Assembly (NCBI GenBank): GCA_044892525.1 | Contig: CM097885.1 | Coordinates: 52,702,001 to 52,766,000 of the forward strand | Origin: Schmidtea polychroa | Lineage: Eukaryota | DNA: 64,000 nt | Direction: 5' to 3' | The notes under the pieces: generated by a model | Told to the model about the DNA's origin: nothing | What the model saw: only the letters and a program-made list of their open reading frames with translations | Database searches by the model: none | Part shown: positions 38,701 to 51,890 of the stretch, in pieces | Position numbering within the stretch: position 1 is the stretch's first letter | Layout of the letters: each line of letters begins with the position of its first letter | Made by a program: the position numbers and the translations under genes

Positions 38701-41700
38701 AAGGCGAACGTGGCGCGGCACACCGAAAAATCCTCCAAATACAATGGTATTGAGATATTCTGGCTGGATTTAAAAATTGAAATTTAAAGAATTAAAGAGA
38801 AGTGGGTTTTGCTGGGTGAAGTCTAAGGTACCAGGTTGTGATCTTTTTATTGAATTCCTCAATGTTGAAAGATAAGTATTTATGACAACATGAAGTGAAA
38901 CGGAATAATCAAATGTTTGCTGAATTAAAATGGATGATTATTTAATTTTTTATGTCGGATTTCTAGTGTGAGAAGGTAGACTGAACACTACAAGGAGTGT
39001 AATAGGTAGCGTATAGAGTGAAACACTCTGTAGACTATATATTAGTGATACCGATTTTTTTCTGTATTTTTTTTCGATAAACTTTATAATTGTTCGATTC
39101 TCCTCTACAGGGGCGCTCCAAGCGGGCGTGCAACGCGTGCGTGGCACGCAGGCGGCCGTTTGAAAGGCGGCAAATTAAAAAAATGCATTTGCAAAAACAA
39201 CAATTTCATTTTGTAAAATTCATTTTTTCATTTTGTAAAATAAAAAAAAAGTTTCGACTATTTTGTTACTGAACGCACACAGTTTGTGTAGTATCATTGA
39301 ACGCACTCCATTAATTTTTATATATCTGTCTTGGCTTGTCATTGACAAATACTATTACACTAAATAACTTTGACAAATTGTCAAAGTCATTTAGTGTTTT
39401 AATTTTGGATTCAAAACAACATTAATATTTCCAGTTTTTAAATTTATAAAGATCAATAATATTTTTATTTTAAAAAAAAACAGAGATATATAATATTAGA
39501 TTAGAAAGCAGGATTGTATTATAGAATTTGGTAAGTATAATGCAACTTTTTCTATATTTTTGTTAAACATAAGTGTTATGATGTACGTTAGATATTTATT
39601 ATTTGTATTATTTGCACCATTAGATATGACCGGAAGAAAAACAAAACGTTTATCTGGCGCACAATACAAAAAGCAGCGTTTAAATAAACTGAAATCAATG
39701 CAGAGTTTGAAGAATTCGCTTTCAAAATATTTTGAAAATACACCAACAGCGTCGTCAAGCACACCTATAGAAATAGAAAATAATGTTACCATATCTGTTG
39801 ACGATAATAAAAGTTCTAGCGATAGCGATGAGAATGAATATGAAATTTTTACAGAAATTCGGTCTGAAAATTCATCTGTTGGAAATTCATCTGACGAAAA
39901 TTGTGAAGCAAATATAATATTGGACGATCCAGGTATGTGGGCAAATAATATATCAAGTATTACCGCACGTAACCTTGTTGAAAGAGGACCGATTCAAATA
40001 AAAAATTTCGAATTTCCATTGTCAAGTGGGCGTAAATTTTCAAAAAAGTATTATTTAAGACAATCGCCGAACGGAGAAGAAACACAACGCGAATGGCTTG
40101 TGTATTCAATTACTAAAAATTCTGTGTATTGTTTTTGCTGTAGGATATTTGATTTCAGTGATAAAAGCAGTCTATCCGATTCATCTGGTTTTTCTGATTG
40201 GCAACATTTATCGTTAACTTTGTCTCGACATGAAAAAAGTCAGTTTCATAATGAAAATATAAAAAAATGGATATTGTTAAATAAATCATTAAAAAATAAT
40301 ACTACAGTTGATAGTGCGAACCAAAGCCGAACGAAAGTATTGGTATGAAGTAATTCAACGAATAATATCTATTATTCAATATCTTTCTAGGCAATGCCTT
40401 GCCATAAGAGGAAAGTCAAATCAATTATATGCAAATAACAATGGAAACTTTTTGAAAGCAGTAGAAATGGTTGACAGATTTGACCTTATTATGCAAGAGC
40501 ATGTACAACGGATTGAAAAGTCTCGAAACAATTTGAAATATATGCCTCATTATTTGGGGGATAAAATACAAAACGAAATTATCAATATTATTAGCACAAG
40601 TATTAAAAACGCTATATTAGATTTAATTAGAAAAGCAAAATATTTTTCAATTATATTAGATTGCACACCAGATGTTAGTCATACTGAGCAATTAACTATT
40701 GTAATAAGAATTGTGAATTGTGAATCAAAAAAAATTGAAATACGTGAACATTTTTTGGGTTTCTATCAAATAACAAATACTACCGGCGAGGGGTTAACCG
40801 AATTTGTTTCAAAAGAACTTTCAAATCTAAATTTAAATATTCATAATATGCGTGGACAGGGATATGACAATGGTGCCAATATGCGAGGAAAGCATAATGG
40901 CTTACAAAAAAGAATTTTAAATATCAACCCGCGAGCATTTTTTGTACCATGTTCTGCTCATAGCTTAAATTTAGTTGTTAATGATGCGGCACATATTTCA
41001 CATGAAACAGTAACATTTTTTGATTTAGTACAAGAAATATATGTAGTTTTTTCGGCGTCAACTAAAAGATGGGCGATAATAGTAAAATATTTACCGAATT
41101 TAAAATTAAAACCCCTGAGCGATACAAGGTGGTCAAGTAGAATTGATGCCATACAACCACTAAGGTATCATACTGAACAAATTTATAAATCTCTTCTTGA
41201 AATATCAAATGATCAATTGATTGACTTTAAAACCAGACATGTGGCAAATTCTCTTTCACTAAAAATATCAAGTTATCGTTATTTATGTTCCATTGTTATT
41301 TGGCATGAAATTTTGATGAAAATTAATGTTGTTAGTCAAATATTACAGAACCCAAACACCGATATCAATAGAAGCGTTACCGCGTTAGATGATTTAATAG
41401 AGTTTTTTAAAAATTGTCGTAATGATAATGGATTTGAAAAAATGCTTACATCAGCTAGTGAATTAGCCGAAAAATTCCACGTAGAACCTAAATTTCCAGA
41501 AGTTTCAAGTTTAAGAATAAGAAGAAAAACAACAAATTTTGATTATGAAGGCAAAGATGAACCAATATTAGATCCAAAAACAAATTTTAAAATTAACTTT
41601 TATTTCTGCATTATCGACCAAGCATTAGTATCAATTACAACAAGATTCGAAGCGTTAAAATCGTATAATGATATATTTGGATTTATGTATAATATTAAAG

Positions 41701-43914
41701 ATATAACAGAAGAAATACTTTTGAAAAGCTGCAAAGATTTACATTTGAAATTAACTGACGAACAAAGAAATGAGTCCGATATTAATGGAAATGATTTATT
41801 CGAAGAGATAAAAACTATAAAGGTATTTTTAAAAGAAGATATTAAACCTCAATCTATATTATTATATATTTTAAAAAATGATCTTCAGGCAACATTCCCA
41901 AATATATTTATTGTGACCAGAATTCTATTAACATTACCAATCTCATTTGCAACAGGTGAAAGATCGTTTTCAAAATTGAAGATAATTAAAAATTATTTAC
42001 GATCAACTATGCTCCAGGAACGTTTAAGTAATATATCAATAATTTCAATAGAACATGAAATCCTAGATAATTTAGATATGCATGACTTAATTTCACAATT
42101 TGCTTTGAACAAGGCAAGAAAAGTCTCTTTTGTATGAGTAGTAAACTATTAATTTCATAAACTTTCTATTGTTTGTGTGTACTAAACTATAACTTTCCTA
42201 AACTTATCTGTTTTGTGATTAATAAACTATAATTTTCATAAACTATTGCATGTGATATGTGTGTTCTTCCGTAGTTAGTTTAATTTTTACTTTAATTAAA
42301 TGTTATTTTTATTTTGGATTATAGAAACTTTTTTGGGTTAGATTATAAAAACTTTTTTGCAGCAAGGATGAAGAGCGGCGGGAAATTATTTTGCACTCAA
42401 GCGGCCTAACAGGTCGGCGCGCCCCTGCTCCTCTAAAATAACAAGATTTAAACTGTTTCTATTTGAATTTATTTATCTAAATTATATAATTTTACAAATT
42501 CCTATCACTATTGTATTGAATCTATCATACAGCCATGACATTTAGGGATAATAAATTCTAACTGTATACTGTTGTGTTTGCAAAGTTTGTTAATTGATGT
42601 ATTATATAAATATGACAGCAAATATTTTCACAATAAAGCCCTTTGACAGAAATAAATATTTATTGCATTCCAAAATCTTACAAAGATTCTTTTCGTTACA
42701 TCACTATATGCAATTTTTTGAGCTCGGTTATACAATTTGTATACTCAAAATTTAGCTTATTAAATTTATGCTACTAACTATGCCGCCAACTTAATCCGCT
42801 CTCAATGTGAAGTTGCGGCCACTTGACCAGATACCAACTTCTCTCGTCTAATTCGTTTGTTGTCATTAGTGAACATTTGTCATTGTTTCAGGTTTTATGA
42901 GTGAAGATTTCGCTTCTTTTTGGCAATCATTCGAACTGATTCACAAGCGATTTCAGTTCACAAGGAATTTTCCTTATATGGATTCCGGGTGGAGCGCTTC
43001 TTGATGATTTTACGCTTCCGGTCTGTTAACTTACTCGGCCGACTCAGGCCCAAGTTTTTGAATCGATTCACAGCATAGGAAAATGTTTGTTTAGGCACAT
43101 CAAATTATCTCGACTTGTATATCTTATATGACCCAAAAACTGCTCGAATTAATGGCAGTGTTATTAATACTATTTACCAAAACATAAATAACATTTTATT
43201 TAATCATGTAATATGTATATTGACGTTTGATATAATTTAGATTATTCCCGCAACTGATTACATCAAATTAAGATACCGACCCGTTGTTGGAATGGAGAAT
43301 TATTGTAATCAAATGAGAATATTTTCAGGTGCAGAAAATTCACATAATGACAACATTCCAGACTTTTTAGAAGCTACCATTTTCAGTCATGATGAATCTG
43401 TGATTATATTTGGTGATTTTATTGAAATCAAACCTCAAACAAAAGATGCCTGCATAAATGACATATCAAGGTATACAATTTTTGCATATCTAAAATTGTA
43501 TTATGTGAATGTCCGAGTAGATGCATACTTAATAAAAACATTAAAACGATCTCATTTTTATGTATGATATTATTTTGAAGTAGTGTAAATACAGGCAACC
43601 CTCAAATAATGTGCTATTTGAAATACGTTTTTAAAAATTCTTTTTATTTTTCATATAATAATGGTTAAATAATTTGCAATACAACTTTTGAAAATACAAT
43701 TTTTTTCAAAAATTTCTAGTCTTTGTATTTTAATATATTTATTACATCAATTTTTCTTTTTATTTTAAAATAATAATAGTAACATTCAAATTTTATTAAT
43801 ATAGTATTATTAGTAGAATAATTTTAAATATTGATATTAATGAAAAATTTTCGACTATAAGATAGTCTTTGTCAATTCGCAGCAAAATGTTTAAATTATC
43901 ACTTTATTGTTTTA

Positions 43915-43999
<85 letters not shown>

Positions 44000-45153
44000 T
44001 ATTTGACATCTATTATTTAATTAATTTTGAAGTTTAGGTGGTACAAGCCATGGTTCTATAAGCATGTAGAATCATTTCTAAAGAAACCAATTAATGCTGA
44101 TGGCTTTTCAGGCGAGGAAATTATTCCCATTAAAGATTATTTATTCAGACATAATCGTTCAATATTCTGGGTCCTGGAAGCGATCATTCCATTTTGTAAT
44201 AACGCATTATTTCGATTTTTTTTTGGTTGGATGTGTCCACCCAAACCGGCATTTTTAAAATTTACGACTACTCCAGGAATTCGCGCTTTTACTTTTGTTA
44301 AACAAGTTTCAATTGGCTATTTTATTTTGTCATTTTTAATCTTAAAAAGGTTTTCCAAGATATAGTTCTACCAATGACTGCTCTTGAAGAGTCAATAGAA
44401 CTATCTGAGAAACTTTTCAATATCTATCCAATTTTGATTTATCCATGCAAAATATTTTCTAAAAATCCAGCCCGGGGAGTTTTAAGAAATCCTAAAACCA
44501 TCCAGATGACAGTAGATTCGGATTATGGAATGTTTTACGATTTAGGAGTTTATGGTGTCCCTCAGGCCATAAAGCTAAAGCAAAAATATGATCCTTCTAA
44601 AGCCATGAGGACAATGGAAAAGTATGTCGATGATAATTTATTTTAGTTAGGAAAAACAATTATTTATTTTACAAAAGTATGAATGAAAATAATAATCACC
44701 ATGTTCAATGCATGAGTACCATCTGTGATGCTTAGAGTTTTTATCGAAATATTAATGAATTCTCATGAAAAATATTTCCTTACTTTCTTCTCTTTCTTTT
44801 CGTGCATATTATTCTCTTTTTTTTCACTTTCTATACAGTTGGTTCTGATAACTGTACGATTTTATATTTTTATTTGAATATATTTTGTTTTAATGTTTAA
44901 ATTAAATTATTAAAATGAAAATTTAAATTTCTATTTTAGATTTATTCGAGATCAAGGAGGCTATTCTTTTTTATATGCTGACATCTTTATGAGTAGAGTT
45001 GAATTCTGTGAAATGTTTGATTTGTCAAATTATGAGAAAATTCGTCAAAAATATCATGCAGAAAATGCCTTTCCACATTTGTACGATAAAGTGAAACCAG
45101 AATTGGATGTTATAGAAGTTAGTAAGAACTTTGTCCTTTCCGAAGATCATTGA
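35756..45153 (+). CDS. DHCR24: Delta(24)-sterol reductase (FAD-linked oxidoreductase, ~543 aa), 7 exons
   Basis: Exons 35756-35938, 36116-36439, 36488-36628, 43241-43470, 44038-44305, 44350-44621, 44940-45153 join in frame with GT-AG introns (1632 nt). Motifs: VEPYVTVGQI, GGLAMGVGMTTHSHKVGLFQ, LPWSHGSLGFLV, RWYKPWFYKHVE, YLFRHNRSIFW, AFPHLYDKV. Confidence 0.93.
37420..37985 (+). pseudogene. Tc1-like transposase remnant in DHCR24 intron 3
   Basis: KQRSGCPK; LKWCRERRSWTAEQWRSVIWSDESRFTLFKSDG...PTVK. Confidence 0.85.
39108..42427 (+). mobile_element. Full-length hAT DNA transposon (ZMYM1-like/Tip100-type) in DHCR24 intron 3
   Basis: TIRs CAGGGGCGC...GCGCCCCTG with a perfect 8-bp TSD CTCCTCTA (39100-39107, 42428-42435). 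Contains the transposase. Confidence 0.95.
39626..42137 (+). pseudogene. hAT transposase with one frameshift near 40320
   Basis: TTF-type zinc finger (WLVYS...YCFCC...GFSDW...HEKSQFH), FSIILDCTPDVSHTEQ, RGQGYDNGANMRG, CSAHSLNL, DTRWSSR, ERSFSKLKIIKNYLRSTM (dimerisation domain). Split over ORFs 39560-40348 and 40308-42137. Confidence 0.9.
42780..43110 (-). pseudogene. Tc1-like transposase N-terminal remnant
   Basis: VPKQTFSYAVNRFKNLGLSRPSKLTDRKRKIIKKRSTRNP (HTH plus GRP-like motif) on the minus strand. Confidence 0.55.
43915..43996. repeat. (AAT)n microsatellite; others at ~2112-2178, 2704-2772, 3019-3080, 3278-3360, 60750-60812
   Basis: Seen directly in the sequence. Confidence 0.95.
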
Positions 45154-45607
45154 AAACAATTTTGTATTGAAGATTAGATATCAAATAAATAAAATATCAA
45201 AAAATTTTTTTTGTGCTTTTATTTATTTACAGAATAAAAATATTTCCCAACACAAAGAAAAGGGAGTCAAACCAAGAATAAAATGATGAATTATTATTTT
45301 TAACTGTTTTTCTTTTAATTTTGTCGTAGAATGAAATGTGTATTTTGGTATTCAAAATCTCATTAACTTTCCAACAAGGAAATAAGAATTATTTACAGTT
45401 TTTTTGTATCATTTATATCAAGATTATAAATAATTATTTTTATTTAATTTGAATTTTCGGCACAGCGTTTTTAAGTGTTTAAGTTAAATAAAAACGCTGC
45501 ATCATATCCAGACATATTTGTGATTCATATGTGATTCCATTTAAAACTTAAATCAAACTAAATTTATTTTTTAAAGAATTAAACTGATCTTTTTAATTTT
45601 TTTAACA

Positions 45608-45957
45608 TTGACTAATAAAACATTAAAACAAAAAATCAAAATATTTGTAATAAAAGTAAAATATTGTCATTTTATATTCATAAATTACAAAATGAGAAAT
45701 AAAAATTTAACTTTTATTTTAACTTAAAAATTGTTATTAAAAATGGAATTTAGCAAAAGTTTGGTAATTGTAAACTATTTTGTGAATTTAAATCACTTAA
45801 ATAAACTTATGTATGCACTTAAAATAAAAGTGAATTTTGCTTTAGTCAATTTATTTACCTTTAGTTCTAATGAATCTAAAATCACAACGATCCATGCAAC
45901 CAAGGAAGGCAGTGATATAAATCTAAGTATTCATTATCCTTTTCAACATGTATAAAT
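45608..45957 (-). repeat. Inverted, diverged duplicate of the DHCR24 exon 3 3' part and intron 3 start (36529-36887)
   Basis: Its reverse complement matches TTGAAAAGGATAATGAATACT...CCTTCCTTGGT...GAACTAAAGGTAA and ~250 nt of following intron. Confidence 0.88.
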
Positions 45958-46912
45958 CAAACTGATCTCTTTACGATTCTCTGGCATTTCTTTTAATTTT
46001 TAAATTTAAATATTATATACTTTATATACTGTGAGAACAAATATAATAATTCTTAATAATTAAATGTTTTGATGATTTTTTAATTTTAATTTTTTTATAT
46101 TTTATGTAATAATATTTCTTAGCAATTTTTGGCAAAATTTTACTAAAAAAACATTAATTAGCTTAAATAAACCTACATATTTGTTGTTTGTATGAAATAA
46201 TTTGTGATGAGGAAACATCAAAAAAAAATTTCAAAAACATCCGTAATTACTTTTAATATTTAAAATGAAGTTCTTATTGTCAAGCGATCTTATTTATTGT
46301 CCAATCGTGAGTATTTCTTTTATAGAAATTTTGTCCATGGTGTATCCACATATGAATTTTTTTTTCTCTCAATAAGTTTTTATAGTAAAGGCATTATTAT
46401 AGTTGATGGCACATACACATTAATTATTGGCTAGTTTTTATAGTTTTTGTATAACACGCACTTCAAAAAAATGTTTTAAAATTTAATTTCTAAGTTTTAA
46501 CTTAATAAAGCCATAACCAATAAAATAATTAATTTAATATTTTAACCCAGATTTTTCATAAAAAAGTAACATTTTTTCTTGTATAACCCAGGCTATACAC
46601 ATGACTTTAAAATATTGCTTCTTAAAGTCCTGTTGCTTGGTTTAGTGAGTAAAATTCCAATAACTCCAACAAATATTTTTATTATAACAACCTTTTGACT
46701 GATCTCCATGATTGGATTATTTGTGCTCTGGTAATTTTTAAACTGAAGGTTTCATTTTTTCGTTATTAAAACAAGTTAAATGATAATATTTCAATTTAAT
46801 ATATCTTTATATATATATATATATATATTATTACAATATCATATAATATATAATAGATGAGTTATAAATAAATATAGAATTTTAATACTAGTAAATTATA
46901 AAATAATGTATG

Positions 46913-47453
46913 CAGTGGCGTAACTAGGGGGGGGGGGCAGGAGGGGACATTTGTCCCCGGGCGTCAAAATTAGGGGCGCAAAATTAGGGAAGCCAATTTG
47001 GAACAAAAATTAAGTAATAAATTATTCTTAAGATCTAAGAGATTAATATATTTTTTATTACTTCATTAGTTTCTTAGAATAGATGTGCGTGCATTCAGTT
47101 ATTTGCAATATTTACTTATACGTGTATATTTAGTTATACGTGTCGTGTATAAATAAAAACACAAAAACTTTAATATTTTAAATTTTAGTACGTTTACGTT
47201 ATAGTTAATCCATTTTTGGTCATATTACTAAAAAAAGGTAAGTGTTTTAGCTCTTCTTAGCATAGAAAGAGAAATGTTTGAAAAAATTGATTTTAATGAG
47301 ATTATAGATATTTTTGCCACGACAAAAGCCAAAAGAATTAATATTTAATGTTAAACTGTATTTTGTCTAAGTCAATAAATATTATTTATACGCTTATTAA
47401 AATCTGTTAAACCTGTTTCGTTATTCGTCATTAATATTCTTTAAAAAAATTAA

Positions 47454-47532
<79 letters not shown>

Positions 47533-47605
47533 ATTTAATTTATATATAAGGGGGCGCTAATTTCTCAGTTGCCCCCAGGCGCAAGAACCTCACGATACGC
47601 CACTG
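46913..47605 (+). mobile_element. Internally deleted hAT element
   Basis: TIR CAGTGGCGTA, perfect 8-bp TSD AATGTATG. Retains the transposase C-terminus LLSIEREMFEKIDFNEIIDIFATTKAKRINI* at ~47252-47348. Confidence 0.92.
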
Positions 47606-47965
47606 AATGTATGTGTGGAGGCACTACACTTGGTTATACCTGCGTTTTGCTGTATTCTGAATGCTAATCCATGAAAACAAATATTTATCTCTTCACAAAT
47701 ATATAAAACTTATTTTGCTTTGATGGAAGACAATGATATTTCTTTATATTTCTTTGACTACATAATTTAAACAACCTTTTCTAATTATTTAAGTTTATTT
47801 ATGATAAATAAATATAGTGCTTAATTTGAATTTTATGATATTTGTCAAAAATGTTACAAATTCATTCGTCAAATTAAGTTATTTTGAGATATATTTTATG
47901 AAATCTCATTTGGTTTTTATAATTTCTTTTCGATAATTCGAAAGAAAAATGAGAAACTATTTTTG

Positions 47966-50422
47966 CTATAACGACTTTTCTTTGATATCCTTTTCATCAT
48001 CTTTTTCATATTCATCCGAAACTATATTTTCATCGGAAACATTTTGACTCTCAGCAATAACTTTGTCGTCATTGCTCTCGTCATCATAATCATCTTCAAA
48101 ATCATCTTCATAATCTTGCTTTTCTTCACATGACGGCTTTTCTATTCGAGGATTGAACTGGCGCTCCGTATTCATCAGGTCCTTCAGTCGCTGCACAAAA
48201 ATCATGACAACCCATCTTTCCGTGACATTGATATTAACTTTCAAGGAGATATCAAATACATTATTGTATGCTACAGTCCCTTGACCAAATGAACCTCGGT
48301 AAGCAAACTGTAAAGCTTTACATTGGTTTTCCAAAATTTCTCTACGATTTCCAAGACTTTCTAACTTTATCAAAACACTGATTCTCATAGCACAACCAAC
48401 TGAATTTGGAACGGTTGTCAGGTATCCGTAATTAAAACGAAATGCGTATTGTTTCTCCAGTCGTAGATCCAAAAACTTCATTAAATTTACTGCTCTTTCA
48501 AAGCATAAATTTAAATTTTCACCACTGGGATCTAGGGAAACCACTTTAATGTGATCAGTGAAGTTGATCAGAATCGCCAAAACTATATTGGGATAATTTA
48601 TGTTTTGTTTTGTAAAATATACTCCACGATGATGGGGCCAATTATTACATAATCCACTTGACGCGTCGATTTCACTGAAAGAAGGAATCAACTTGTATTT
48701 TAAAATTTCTTCTAGATAAATTGAATTCTTCAATGATTTCAGTTTTATGTATACTCCTTCAAATTCTACAGGAATTTCATCAAAAATCTTATTCATTAGG
48801 TTTTCAACTTCTATACGATCTAATTGTGACATCATAATAGGAAAAGGAAACCCCTCAAGATTCCTCAAAAATCGAACTCGATAGCTATAAATATGAGGAT
48901 GATGGAGTTTGTAAAGTTTATCTTTTGTCGAACCATATGTAGGGGTTTTGGGATGTTTGAATGATTTTATGTTATTAGTCTGCAACAATATTGGATTGAA
49001 AAAAGATTGAAAGACAATATAGCAGTCTTTATCACATGCTCGAGGAAAGAGAGAGTTTGGATGATATGCATTGTGCCGAATACAGTTATTAATAAGTGTA
49101 CCAAATCTTGTTCTGACCGTCTCATACTGTTTAACAAGATCCTCTGTTAAATAAAGTTTAGTATAAGATTTGGAAGAACTCGCTTGGATTTGAGACAATA
49201 AATTATTTAGGTTTTCAACAGAAGAAACGCCATATTGAATTGACATTGGTGTAGTGCATTCCAATTCATCTTCCAAATAACTCAATTTATTGAAAGCCAG
49301 CAAAAAGTCTAAGAATATATCTTCTTCACGTTTCATAGATCTATATGTACACAAAAACATCATGCCAGTATTTTGGTTTGAAACTTCATTATGTATCGTA
49401 CAGTTAAAGGGTTTTATTAAAGTATTTGCATTACCTAACCGACTAATGAATGGAAACTTAGCCAACGTCCGTATTGAGTATCCGGTTCCAACGTAAGCAG
49501 GAGACAATGTTAAATTACCAAACACTGAATGTGTTGAGTATTTTATTTCATTTAATTTGGCATTATTTATTAAATTCTTCATTTTACTCAATAACTCTCC
49601 TACCTTTCCATTATTTCCGGACACAGTATACTGAATATGATCATCGACATTTAGAATACATCCTTGGTAAAATTTCTCTTCGTCTTTAAACACAAGCATT
49701 AGACGGTCATCAGGGAAATCTCTCATTGACCCACAATCGTCTAATTCATTTGCGATTTTATCAAATCTTTCTTCCCATTCTCTTGGAATCATAGATAATT
49801 CAACAAGACTTTCAAATATTTCCCGCAATTTCGGTTCAATAAGTGAAATTATTCGTTTCCTATCATTTGATTTTAAGAAAGGAGTAAAAGGAAAATCGTG
49901 AACATTTCTTCGGATAACCATGTCACTATAAATAACTCGTTGACGTTTACGAGAGAAACTATTGAGATCTATCAGCAGCTTTTCATTAATGTCTCCAAAA
50001 TATGGACATGCGTATCCAACTCCACTAAGTGGCCCATGGATTTGTTCAATGATATCACCGAAAAAGTCGGCGAAATCAGAATAACAATCCGGCGTAACGG
50101 CATATGGTATAAGGCAATTGAGATTGAATACATTTGGAAAGACACATTGTCCTAATCCTTCTCCATTTTTTCCACGAGTATTTGCGAATTCTATTGCTAA
50201 TTGTTTTGTTAAAACCAATTTTGTCAATGACATATTTTGAGGGCTTTCTTCTATTATTTGTTGATATTCCAATAACTTGTCGGCACGCGAGAGGAACTTA
50301 TCATCATTCTCAGACCTTTTGGTATTTGCTTCACTATCTTCGATAGGCTTAGGTGGTTCTTCAGTAAAAGGAACTTTGGGTGGTTTTTCAATATTAGTTT
50401 TTTTGCAGCATCCTTTTGTCAT
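47966..50422 (-). CDS. Two-domain ATP:guanido phosphotransferase (phosphagen kinase)-like protein, paralog A, ~818 aa, probably catalytically degenerate
   Basis: Intronless ORF. The first real ATG (MTKGCCKK) is at 50422. Two tandem phosphagen-kinase-like repeats: KSYTKLYLT, RTRFGTLINNCI, SYRVRFLRNLEGFPFP, WPHHRGVYF, INFTDHIKVVS, GYLTTVPNSVGCAMRISV, FDIS. Acidic C-terminal tail. Confidence 0.85.
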   Translation of the reverse strand: MTKGCCKKTNIEKPPKVPFTEEPPKPIEDSEANTKRSENDDKFLSRADKLLEYQQIIEESPQNMSLTKLVLTKQLAIEFANTRGKNGEGLGQCVFPNVFNLNCLIPYAVTPDCYSDFADFFGDIIEQIHGPLSGVGYACPYFGDINEKLLIDLNSFSRKRQRVIYSDMVIRRNVHDFPFTPFLKSNDRKRIISLIEPKLREIFESLVELSMIPREWEERFDKIANELDDCGSMRDFPDDRLMLVFKDEEKFYQGCILNVDDHIQYTVSGNNGKVGELLSKMKNLINNAKLNEIKYSTHSVFGNLTLSPAYVGTGYSIRTLAKFPFISRLGNANTLIKPFNCTIHNEVSNQNTGMMFLCTYRSMKREEDIFLDFLLAFNKLSYLEDELECTTPMSIQYGVSSVENLNNLLSQIQASSSKSYTKLYLTEDLVKQYETVRTRFGTLINNCIRHNAYHPNSLFPRACDKDCYIVFQSFFNPILLQTNNIKSFKHPKTPTYGSTKDKLYKLHHPHIYSYRVRFLRNLEGFPFPIMMSQLDRIEVENLMNKIFDEIPVEFEGVYIKLKSLKNSIYLEEILKYKLIPSFSEIDASSGLCNNWPHHRGVYFTKQNINYPNIVLAILINFTDHIKVVSLDPSGENLNLCFERAVNLMKFLDLRLEKQYAFRFNYGYLTTVPNSVGCAMRISVLIKLESLGNRREILENQCKALQFAYRGSFGQGTVAYNNVFDISLKVNINVTERWVVMIFVQRLKDLMNTERQFNPRIEKPSCEEKQDYEDDFEDDYDDESNDDKVIAESQNVSDENIVSDEYEKDDEKDIKEKSL

Positions 50423-50610
50423 TAGTATGGTTAAAAATATTTTAAATTTAAATGAAATCAATTTAGCTACTAGTTGGTTTGAAAATCATTTTTAACGTAA
50501 GCCATTTTTTAATTAAAATTATTGTCATTGTTATTCTAATTAATTTATATTATTATTATCATTAGGACCAGTAGGGACAATAAATGAGATGTTTCAACCC
50601 TTTAATATTA

Positions 50611-50708
<98 letters not shown>

Positions 50709-51109
50709 TATATGAACATTTTTTTCCAATTTCACCACTGATTATTTTTTCCATTGAATTTATTAAAAAGAGAGCTTGAAGACTATAAATCAGTAATATA
50801 TAGATGTTTGTTGATACTCACGAAATTTCGGCACTGCCTTTTTCATATATTATTGATGATATTTCATGCAACAGTCATCTATAATACACCAAAGATCAAT
50901 AAGTAAGAGTCTAGATGACAAAAAAGAAATCCTGTGTATACCTCGAGTTATAGAAGAAATATTTATTACATTGATTTTGACTAGATAATGTTAAAACTTA
51001 GAAATTAAATTTTAAAACATATTTATTGCAGTGCGTGTTTTACAAAAAAAGTTGATTTAAAAAATATACAGGTGCATGTTATATGCAGGATTTTAAAGTA
51101 ATATTAAAA

Positions 51110-51890
51110 CTAGCTATTAATAAATGTGTTGAGGTAATGTATAAAGACACAAAATAAAACGGAAGTAGAATAAAAATCAATAAAAACACCAAAATATTGG
51201 CCACATTTTACCTCTTCGAGCTGTTTCCAACGTAACCCAGGATACAATTGTGTTTTCCTTTGTTCTATCGATAAGGAAATGAATTCCAAAATAATTTCCA
51301 AATCACGAACAGCGAAATATGTAACAAACATTGTGAAAAAAGAACTATCACACGAGAATTGAAAACAACAGAAACAAACTTGAATATTGGCGATGAATAA
51401 ATTTATAAAAAATTTAAGGAGAAATTTCATAAACATCTAAAATAGAGAAAGTCTTGTCAAAATTTTGAACAAAATCATAGAACAATCCATAAAAATGGCG
51501 AAATCCATCATGGCCGCCAATCGACACAATAAAAGTTAAGAAAAATAAATAATTTAGGCCAAAATATAAAAATGTTAGAAAAGAATTCACAAAAAACAAT
51601 TCTAAAATAAAAAATAGATTAAATTTATTATGGAATGTTCTGAAAGTGCTCAAATCCATCATAAAGACAAAAGTAATAAAAAATAATTGAAAAGTAAAAT
51701 CTTTAAAATAAAAACAAAAATTATTACGAAAAAATCGCCATCAAAATGGATTAAAATCAAAAATAGAATGTTCCAGAATTAAAAAAGAATACGAGTTTGT
51801 TTTACTGCATCAATGCACACACGTACTAGCACACCAAAAACCAGGTATATATACCGCCACATTATGATCACAAGTTACATTTTTTTGCCA
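51110..51890 (+). repeat. Diverged copy of the LTR-like repeat at 62291-63000
   Basis: Shared CCATAAAAATGGCGA, ATGGAATGTTCTG, AAATCCATCAT, CGAGTTTGTTTTA.TGCATCAAT and AGGTATATATACCG. Confidence 0.7.

Noticed and set aside
40300..40350. Programmed frameshift or intron linking the two hAT ORFs
   Set aside because: No slippery heptamer or suitable GT-AG pair seen; a small deletion or sequence error is simpler.
49290..50495. Antisense ORFs over the kinase-like genes (likewise over RING, CCDC124, hAT and PolB)
   Set aside because: Short shadow frames of real CDSs, mostly with non-ATG starts and no motifs.
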